Below, one piece after another: positions 53,838-64,000 of a stretch of 64,000 nucleotides of DNA. Each line of letters begins with the position of its first letter. Position 1 is the stretch's first letter. The stretch spans positions 8,928,001 to 8,992,000 of the forward strand of contig CM022671.1 of NCBI GenBank assembly GCA_012295275.1. The letters run 5' to 3'. This DNA is from Chrysomallon squamiferum. Taxonomy: Eukaryota; Animalia; Mollusca. The position numbers were made by a program, and so were the translations under genes. A model generated the notes under the pieces. The model was not told where the DNA came from, made no database searches, and worked only from the letters and a program-made list of their open reading frames with translations.

Positions 53838-56678
53838 AATAAATATATAAAAATTAAAGTTACTATTAAATAAAATTAACTATAAAGACTACCAAATTTT
53901 AAATCAACGTAAATTTAATTTTTATGCTTATGAATAGTTGTTCTGATCTAATAATTGAAAAAGTAATACTGGTATTGCTAAATAATAAATAAATAAATAA
54001 ATAAAGTGCTACAACAACACTTACAACATAAAACAGCTGTAACAATAATAATGAAAACAACAACAACCAAAAAAAACAACAATGTTTTTACTGTTTATAA
54101 AATTATTTGGATTGCATTTTTTATTTAATTCTTTCACAACACTGGACTAACAGATACATTAATGAGTGATGTCAGAATATGAGGTGATGAAAAGCCATGA
54201 AAATTTTAAAACAAAACCTAATGGCCATACTCTGAATTGTTTGCATTTATGTGTATATTTACACACATAGGTACAGAATGTAAGTATAATAATAATAACA
54301 GTAATAATAATAACAAAGAAAAATAATGATGCTCTCGACCAGATATAAAACATATTAATCTAACAGCAGCTGATCAAGGTTTTAACGCTGTCTTCTGGAT
54401 TTAAATGAGTAATATTTCAGTTTTAAACACTAACATATGAGTCACAACTATCTGAAATTAAAAACTTCTTTTTAATTTTATTTATTACAATAAATAGAAA
54501 ATCAGAGATCAAAAATAAAATAAACGATTTCTAGGAAAAAAATATTAGTTCCTTTAATTAAAGAATAAAGCCAAAATTTTAAAGATAATATTAGCTGAAT
54601 TAAATAAAAATAGTAAATTTATTAAAGATAACTAAAAAATCTCATATGTGTATATATAGATATATATTTACCTGAAATAAATTTTAAAGGTAATCTGTAT
54701 CTTGTTAAGTTGAAAAATAAAACTGAAAGTATTGAAAAATTAGGTTATCATGTTCTGTAACTTAGTTCCTTTTAGCAATGTAATATGAAAGAGGAAACCA
54801 ACTTTTGCCACATCAGTGACTCTGTTATATGTATCTTCTTAGAGATTAGAAGAAACAAACATAAACAGATTATTAGCTGGGAAGAAACATAATGGGTGCA
54901 CTGAAAATTCCAACCACTGAGTAATAGAAGGATCAAACTCAAAGAAAGAAAGATGAAAAAAAAAAATGTGTGTGTATATATATATATATTGGTAATTTAA
55001 TAATAGGGTTTTATCATTTATCACATTTTACTTCTCTCTCTTTCATTTATTACTCTACCTTTTCAGTAAAATGTTAAATAACAGAAATGTTTTGGGGTTT
55101 TTGTTGTTTATTTCACAATTTTTGCAAATGCTTGTTAATGATATTGAATTTGTATACATAAATGGCACACCATGTCAAGATTTCAGTATTTTAATCCTTG
55201 AACTTTTGTAGTGTTTTATTAGTAGATATAATCTAAAACACTCCAGTAGCCATTTTAAAAATCTGAATTGTTCATCTAATGGATTAAGTGCAGAAAACTT
55301 AATTATTTAATAACCGTCTGTTGCTATATTTATTATGTAAGATAAAACATACCAGTAAGTACAAAAATGATAAAACTGGAAGTATGTTATTAAGAAACTT
55401 GAATAGTTCAACTAATGGATTAAGTGCAGAACATTTAATTATTTAATAACTGTGCTGCTATATGTATTACGTTGGATAAAAGATGACTTAATATCTAATA
55501 ATGAATGAATGTAATTAATGTTTTATATACGATTTATATTTTAATATAATTAAATTTAATATTTTGTAAGATTAAAATGTTCCATAATATTATATTGAAG
55601 CCACAACTGTGGAGACAGATTTTATCTTGCAAGCCATGTCAGCTAAAAAAAACAAAAACAAAAGAAACATATTTGACTATTTTTTATTCACTGACTCATC
55701 AAACGGTCATAATCTAATACTAATATATAATGAAAAATTTAATTCTAAATATCAACATTATCTAATGTCACAATTTCAATGTTGTTCTGAAAAGTAATTT
55801 CTCAGAAACAGAAGAGAACATCAGTTTAGTACTAGGTTGTATCAGAGTCAGGAGTTGAGGTCTGGATGGGAAAGTCAACAAAGGATCAATGTTTTGAATC
55901 TTTGTATTCCATTGTTTGCTTTTTAGTTCATTCACAATTGCCAGGGAACACCACATTTAAAAAAAATTTAATACAAAGGTAAGATCAACATCAACACACA
56001 GACTTTTCCCAAGTAGAATGTGCGATAGGTTTTTGGGGTGGGTTTCAAAATTTGCATTAATGAAATATTTTTTTATCTAACTGAAAAAGATTATATGTAT
56101 TTACTTCAAGTAAATTTTAAAGCTAACCTGTACCTTGTATATTTACATTCCAGCTGTTATTTTTTAATATAATGTTTGTTTGCAAATAACATTATTCCTA
56201 CATTTTATGCTATTATTTAATACATTTAGGCTGTTTCTAAAAATCATGTTTACAGTATGTTTGTGTATCTGTGTGGCTCTTTGATGTAATGTAGTGTAAT
56301 GAAATGTACTATGGTATATTAGTACTGCACAACATGGTATAACTTAGCCTAGCATGATGCAGTTGAGTATATAATAGTATAATACTCTTTATATAACAAA
56401 TCCAAAATCACATCTGTTATTCAGTGATGTATGCAGATTGATGGATCTCAGTTATAATGTGTTATATTCATTTCTGTCAATGTGCAGCCATTACAAATCA
56501 TTCAGAATCCTTTTCACAGAGAGTAACATATAGACCTGTGGTGTTTCAGTCTAATAAGTAGACAGCTGCTGAACAGTTTGGCCTGTCAGGAATCTTTGTT
56601 CAGTTGATCAGTTCTCTTTTCTGCTCAGATTATCAAAGGAAGGCGGTTGATAATACTTTCATAAAATATGTTTGGTTT

Positions 56679-59600
56679 TCATTTTTCTCCAGTAGAATTT
56701 GCTCTCAGGTGTGGTGGTTTCTGTCAGAAAGAAAAGAAGAGAAAAACAAATAGAAAACATCATATATCATAAATGCTGGTCAAGTGATTAGCAAATAAAA
56801 ACAGAAAAATCGTTAATGATTCTAAAAATTTAACAGTAAATAAAAAATTAATAAACAGTAAACAATTTCAGCAGAGCTAACGTGGCAAATTATGAAATTA
56901 TTTTAATTTTAACAAATTAAATTTTCCTTTAGTGTGAATAAACTGGCTTTTAATAAAATTGTTTTTTAAATATTATTTGTTAATGTTCTTATCTGAGGTT
57001 AATAAAAAAGAAAAAAAATCTTGTATAAAGAATTTAATATTAAATTTAAGAAAAAAACAAGAATTACAACAAATGCAATTTATGTTTTTGAGATTATGAT
57101 TAACATGTCATTAATTGATATTTTAAAAAAAATCTCTAGTAACACTTTAGTCATTAAAGAACAATAAAACTGCAGTGTCATACCATGTGATCAGGTCGAT
57201 GGTCCTTCTTTCTATTCTTTTGTTTACTTCTTTTCTTTTTCCTTTTTCTTTTGAAAGGTTGTTGTTGTTTCTTAGTTTCTTCATCACTATTCTGAAAGTG
57301 AAACAAATAAGTATATATTTCACCTGTTCAAAGCATTCTCATTTTTCAAATAAGATTATGTAAAAAATGAATGATTATTTAGTGTACAATTCTGAATTAT
57401 TGGTTAGTTAATCATTTATGTATAAAAATGTTATTAGCTTTCAAATCTTTTTGTATTACTTCAGTATTAATAAAACTTAGTGCAAAGAAAACTATACTGG
57501 ATATAAAGCTCTCCACTTTGACAAATGAAAGACTCTTTATGAAAAAAAGAAGAAGAAAAAATGCTCAATAATCAAACCATATTATCTGTAAATTAATATT
57601 ACAAAGCTCAATTCCACACTGATTACTATATTCTTTTCAGGTTTTCTTTTGAAGTTTTATTTTGCTAAGATATTAAATCTTAAAGGTAAATTAAAAAATA
57701 AAAATAAACATTAATGATTAAATTATTTAGTAACTTCACAGCACTAATGCAACTAATTAGTTATTAATTTCTCATAAATTTCAAAAAATAAAATAACAGA
57801 CAATCAAATGCCAACTCAGTTAAAAGTTCTTGACTGAAAAAACTTAACAATGCTTTATTACCTGATGAAACAATTAGATGTCAAAATAAAAGATGACCTA
57901 CACTCTAGAGCTTATACTGTCAGTCTGCAGAAGATTTCCTTTAGATACAGACATGATAAAAAGGAAAATATCAGCTATGTGGGTTTTATTTTATCAAATA
58001 TAATTATTAGCAACACCCTCTAAAAAAAAAAAACTAAAAAAAAACAACCACATAAATATTATATATATGTAGCTGCTGAAAAATAAAACAGTCCTCAAGA
58101 ATATGTGTATTTGGTTTTATTTTATTTCTACTACTATATCTGCATTACCTCATCTGCTGAAGTAAGTTTCAGATGTGCGTTGTCAGCATGTTCTTTTTTC
58201 ACTTTAACTGCTAAATCCTTGTTCAGATCTTCTTGTGCTTTTCTCTTTTTCTTCAACAATGTAAAAGTCTTCTCATCCCCATTCTCATTATTAACATTTT
58301 CACTTTTAACAGATTTATAAACTATTTCGTCTTCAGAACTTTTATCAGTACTGTGTTTGTTACTCATTAATTTCATCTTAATGTTTTCATTCTTTTCTTT
58401 CACTTTGTGTTTCCTTAATCCATTATCTGTTCTATCTTCTGTATTTTCAGAATAAGATTCTACAATTTTCTTTTTTTTAATTTTTCCACAATAATTTCCA
58501 TCTACAGAATCAGGAACCAAAGGTGGATTAGATTTATTATCTCCAATACTGGATTTCTTCTTTTTTCTTTTCTTTTTCTTTTCCTTTATTTCCATAGCTG
58601 ATTCAGAATGTTTGTCATTAAAAGTGTTTTCAGATTTAATAATAGTAGCTTCCTCTGAAGAATCAGGAACCAAAGGTGGATTAGATTCATTATCTTCAAT
58701 ATTGGATTTCTTCTTTTTTCTTTTCTTTTTCTTTTCCTTTATTTCCATAGCCGATTCAGAATGTTTGTCATTAAAAGTGTTTTCAGATTTAATAATAGTA
58801 GCTTCCTCTGAAGAATCAGGAACCAAAGGTGGATTCATTATTCATTGGATTTCTTTCTTTTTCTTTTCTTTTTCTTTTCCTTTATTAGCTGATTCAGAAT
58901 GTTTGTCATTAAAAGTGTTTTTCTGGATTAGATTCATTATCTTTTTTCTTTTCTTTTTCTTTTCCTTTATTTCCATAGCTGATTCAGAATGTTTGTCATT
59001 AAAAGTGTTTTCAGATTTAATAATAGTAGCTTCCTCTGAAGAATCAGGAACCAAAGGTGGATTAGATTTATTATCTCCAATACTGGATTTCTTCTTTTTT
59101 CTTTTCTTTTCCTTTATTTCCATAGTTGATTCAGATTGTTTCTCATTAAAAGTGTTTTCGGATTTAATAATAGTAGCTTTGTCTGAAGAATTAGACATAT
59201 TCTTTTTATTAGGAACAATTGTATTTTCAAGCTTTTTAAAATCTATAATTTGTTCAGAAAAATTTGAAAATTTTCTTTTCTTTTTATTAGAAACAGCCAT
59301 ATTTTGTGCTTCTTTTGCACTTTCAATGTCCATTTCAGACTGTAAACCTGATTTATTTTCAGTACTGGAGTCACAGCTGAAAAATAATTGAAGTAAAGAA
59401 AAAAGGGTTTACTGAAAAACATATTTAAAAAAAAGAATACAACACACACAAAATTATATTTTATTTCTTAGTTGCCATTTAATAACTAAAACTTATTTTT
59501 TAAATTTTAATTATCCATACTGTTTATGGAAACTATTGTAGTTTTAATTTTCTAAAATTTTCCAAACTACAACATGCTTTAATAATAATTATTAAAAAAA

Positions 59601-62600
59601 AACAGGACCAAGATACCATGAACCATACACACACACATCAGATCTTTTATACATTATATTTAAAAGCTGTTATACAACAGAAATTTCATCAGTACCTTTT
59701 GTTCTTATACAAAAGTTTTCTGAGCTTTTTCTGCAATTTCTTCTTGTAATTTTTAGTTTTTGTTGTTGCCAACAAGTTTCTTATGCTCTCCACAGAATTA
59801 TAAGAACCCTTATTTTGAGTTATTTTGCTGGTGTCTGATTTCTTCAAAGATGAAACTTTACTGTCTTCTTCAAAATATTTGTCTTCTTCAGCAAATGAAT
59901 ATTTTTCTTCTTCTGAAAAATTATAAGTTTAGTTTTATTTTATTTCAAAACACATTAACTATATTTTAATTTGGACCATTATAAGGTGTATATAGTTCTA
60001 CACACATATATAAATAATGATTTGCAGTAACTGTGTAGAAAATGAATAAAACATGAACTGAAGAGAAAGATTGTGAATAGTGGGTACATTTTAATAAATT
60101 TATGTTCTGATAAGGAAAGATAATAAATAAATAAATAGGTATTAAATACATTTAAGTTAACTTATAATAATATATTAAAAAAAAAATACATTCATTAAAT
60201 CAGACTATTACATAATACTTAATTATAAACAAGTTAATCTAGTATATTGTATTAGTATTATTTAATGATTCGGTGGCTTAGTAATAATATAGTAATCGAT
60301 TCAGTACTATTTTATTCTGATATCTGTGTTAATTTAAATAAATCTACAATTTTATGTAAAAATGTTCTATTAGTGATTCACTAGTTATAAAAATAAAATA
60401 AATATATTTTTACCATTTTTAGTTTGATCTTTCCTTCGTTTAGCTTTCTGTAGTTTGCGTTGGAGCTTACCACTGACAAAAGAGGCAGTTGAATCGTAAA
60501 CAAGAATATTCTTTTTCTTGTTGAAATCTTTTTGAATTTCACCAGGTTTCTCCTTTTTAGCAGCATGTTTGCTATGTAAATAAAGATTTTGTAGAATTTA
60601 TGTTTTAAACATTGCCAGTCAAATATTTATAAATGTACATCCTTAAAAATTATTTTAAAATAAAGATCTCTTATGCTTGTGCCAGCTTGATTCGAATGCT
60701 TCTAACAAAACAATAATTTTATAGATTAACAAGATATAAAAAAAAAAAAAATTAATGTTTTATTTAAGGATATGATGAGCACATTTTATTTCAGGTGTAC
60801 ACCACTTGGTTTAAGAACCATTTAGATAAATAACTGGAAACCTACGTTCATGGGCTAACCAATTAGCAGAAAGGATCTTTTACAATTACATGCACCCATC
60901 TCACAGGGCTTCCATCCCATCTTGTCGAAGTCATAAATATATCACTAATCCCATTCACTGTAGCCTCAAGTAAGACAATGGACTAGGCCACAAAACAAGC
61001 TAAATTTGCATATTTGTGTATTTAATATTCAAGCACTATATTCAGGGACACTGTGTTCTGATACACTATGATCAGCCGAGTTACGAAGTTCAAGTTTCAT
61101 GAGGTGTCCAACCGCATCAAGGTAGTGGAGAGGTGCCTTGGCTTCAGCCTGCAACTGTCTCTTGAGACGTCCTAGCTGGTTGTCACATTCCCTGTACACT
61201 CACTTCCTGAGTGGAGCTGCACCTCCAAACTGGATCTGAAACCTTTTGGCCTGCTCTGCCTTCTCGATTCCTTGGATGAAGTCTACAAACTTGTAGGTGT
61301 TGGGGTGCTGGTGGGGTAGAGCTCTGTTGAGCCTTGAATGGAACCTTTCCAAGTTATTATTTGTCCTAGGTCCTGTGGTGGCAAAGTGGTTCCACAAGAG
61401 TACAGGAAAGCAGGTGGAGTCATCATCAACCCAGTTTGTCACCATGTAATCATTCATCTCAAATGCTCTTGGCACGTTGGGGCACAGATTCATGGCTTCC
61501 ATCCAGGACCTCAGCAACTGGAAGCAGTGGCAGCTCATCGGATCCACGCCTGCATGTCTGGGTCGTTCTTGGTCAGGACGGCTGATCTGAGGTTAGCGGT
61601 CTTGCACCACACAGCCTGGCAGAAGTGGAAGAAGCAGCCTTTCAGTACAGCACATGGAAAAATGGAAAAACCTGCTCAAGAGCCCAGATGGACGCCATCT
61701 CGAAATCTGTCTGGCATGTAGCTGGTTCCAAGGGCTGATGCATCACCTCCTGGATGTGGTTCTTCAGATGGTCAAAGAACCGGATGTGGGTGGTCCTCCT
61801 GCAGTCAGGCAACAACACAAACACGAGAGGGTACATACAGGAACCAAAGAATCCATGCAGAATGTACAGTTGGTTCCACAAACAAGGGTATGAGGATAAC
61901 ATCCCATCCAAGTAGATCTCTTAGCTGATTGTCAGTTGAGACCACCACCATTAATAGGCTAAACAAAACAATTTGTGAAATAAAGGAGGATTAACCAATT
62001 TTCAAGAAATAAAAGATCACACAAGACACAAAACAAATAATATATTAACTGCATTGGATTAACCCATTCAGCAGCGAGGTAGGGTCAGGTTGTTATTTCT
62101 GTATTAATTTCGACAAAATGAGATTCGACAAGATTGGATGACACCCTCACAGGTATTGGTAAGACAGCACGGATTTGATTTAACAAGTAGCTCAATAGGC
62201 AGGAAAGAAAATTAATTTACAGATAAAATAACACATTATCTTTTAAATCATTGCTTTTCGCGAATTACTGTTAGTATCAGTACTATTAGTATTACTGTAT
62301 CACTATTGTCAATATATCAGTATAATTTATATGGAGTTTTAATCAAATTTAATAATAATTAAATTACTATATTTAAAACATAAATAATTTGCTATCGCTA
62401 TTACTTTAGCACAGTTAATTTCAAAATTTGAAGACTTCTGTCGCTACGGATTTAATTACTGAGATACATTACTGAAAAATCGTTTGCTTCAAGTTCAACA
62501 AATTTCCTACACTTAAATGTTGTCATACTTTGAAGTGCTAGTCTTTTGACTGCTGTTCAATTCTACATCTGTCTTTAACTCTGCTGCATTAATTCCTAAC

Positions 62601-62656
62601 CACGATGCTGCAATACTTCCATAATCACTATTGAATTCAATCTGACTTTCGTTCAT
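56679..62656 (-). CDS. Lys-rich uncharacterised protein, copy 2 including the likely 5' exons
   Basis: Proposed exon 1 62656-62529 (acaaccATG, MNESQIEFNSDYGSIAASWLG..., donor AA|GTATGA) and exon 2 60571-60414 (KHAAKKEKPGEIQ...), then about 59912-59696, 59376-58149, 57291-57184, 56720-56679. The middle junctions do not phase cleanly and contain indels, probably consensus errors or a missed small exon. Confidence 0.6.
61070..61920 (-). mobile_element. Decayed Mutator-like (MULE) DNA transposase fragment
   Basis: GC-rich island; pieces YLDG..QLYILHG, YPLVFVLLP, CQTDFEMAS, GCFFHFCQAVW, RTNNNLERFHSRLN, HPNTYKF in shifting frames match MULE DDE transposase motifs; no TIRs recognised. Confidence 0.9.
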
Positions 62657-63263
62657 GGTTGTAATTATAATTGTTGACAAACTCAGATTTTTTGTCAATT
62701 TAGTATCGCAAACTTAGCTTTCGTTGGTATCTATTTTTCCTTCAACAACAAAGCACCCATGAATTACGGACAAATACCGCAATGGACCGTTGAAGACAAT
62801 TATTTTATATATATATATTGTTTTTAACACCAGCAAATATTGTAAACAACAAGTCAGATCAGCATGATACATCTGTTGTCGTGCGAAAAAATGTCTATTA
62901 TAATAAAACAGATATGTAACATAATTTACATATAAATATATTTTTGATATAAATGCACATCTGGTGACGAAAACGTTATTTGCGACACTTGATGATAGTA
63001 AAACAATAAGTAAATAAGTAAATAAATAAATATTTTTATTATTATTATTATTATTATTATTAAATTTATTACTGTTGTTTCTGTGTTCAGTGTGTGCACT
63101 GCTGTAGAAGGAAATCAAATAAAACCGAAAGCCTGTTGGTTTAGGGCTATATGCCAACCGGCAAATTATTGGCTCAGTTGCTCAATAAGATTTTAGTAAT
63201 CGAGGCTATTTTGTTTCTTCATGTGTTAAGAGAAGATGACCATGACAAACGAGTACAAAAATA
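62657..63263. promoter_or_regulatory. Putative bidirectional promoter
   Basis: About 600 bp between divergent start codons (62656 on -, 63264 on +); CpG locally retained. Confidence 0.55.
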
Positions 63264-64000
63264 ATGTATATTTCAAAGGATTTTCAAAATGCACTTATTG
63301 TATGTACATTCTTTTAAATTCCCTTCGTAGTTTCAACAAATATCTAACACAGCCAATCTTTTGCACCAAACTAGATTACAGATAAATCAGGCATTTTAGA
63401 TTAAGTTATTCATTAAGAACACCATTTAAATTAAACAAAAATGCTTGACTTTGCCATTGCATCACATTCAGTGATTCACAGTATAATAAAACTAATTTAT
63501 GTAATTCCATAAAATATATTTTCAAAATAAATATGTAGCTATACAACCAACAATATTAAACACGTACCTTTATTAATTTTAATAATTATTTTTTTTTTTT
63601 TTTTTTTTTTATAAAGTATTTAATATTATTTACGCATTTTATAATTTTTATTTATTTAATAGGTCTCCATGTTATATGTATCATAACTTCAAGTGATGTT
63701 AAATTGGTAGACAGATTTTTCAAACTGTTTTATTTTTTTAAAGCAGTTATTCCATATGTAACTTTTTTATATTATATATACTTGATTAAGCAGAATTTGT
63801 TATATTTAACAGCTTATTCACTTTTTATGTCATTTGTTTTGCTTTATTCCAGGCTGGGGGTGCAGCAGGGATATCGGTAGATGTAGCTCTGTTTCCTATT
63901 GATACTTTAAAAACAAGATTGCAGAGTCATCATGGATTCTGGCAGTCTGGTGGATTCCGGGGGATCTACTCAGGTCTCGCTTCAGCAGCTCTTGGATCAG
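63264..64000 (+). CDS. SLC25A26: Mitochondrial S-adenosylmethionine carrier, 3'-partial
   Basis: Exon 63264-63299 ([12 protein letters not shown]|gtatgt) and exon 63853-end ([49 protein letters not shown]) with the PxDxxKxR carrier signature and SAMC-typical context. Confidence 0.92.

Larger units (their letters stand above)
39858..60050 (+). repeat. Copy 2 of ~20.2 kb direct duplication
   Basis: Starts with taattataaataaagaaataaat (= 19475) and runs to gtagaaaatgaataaa (= 39657). Confidence 0.95.

Noticed and set aside
61338-61893. Plus-strand ORFs of 127 and 79 aa
   Set aside because: Antisense to the GC-rich MULE fragment.

Overview
Very AT-rich, intron-rich animal genomic DNA (invertebrate-like; not prokaryotic, so most of the supplied ORF track is spurious). 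Reading exons by hand gives four genes. (1) The 3' part of a voltage-gated calcium channel alpha2/delta gene (CACNA2D3/4-like, + strand, 27 in-phase exons, 1412-23239), with a minor-spliceosome AT-AC intron and a GPI-type C-terminus. (2) An EBP sterol delta8-delta7 isomerase gene (- strand). (3) An unrecognised Lys-rich, repeat-containing gene (- strand) with a decayed MULE transposase in its first intron. (4) The start of SLC25A26 (+ strand), head-to-head with gene 3. About 20.2 kb (19475-39657) is repeated directly after a 200-N gap (39858-60050); this is most likely an uncollapsed haplotype overlap rather than a real duplication. The most interesting signals concern splicing of the alpha2/delta gene: a duplicated exon with only synonymous changes in its core that ends in a stop just before the delta subunit, the U12 AT-AC intron, a 16-copy minisatellite that amplifies a splice donor, and a GCATG (Rbfox-type) motif cluster. 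No database search was possible, so novelty is unverified.
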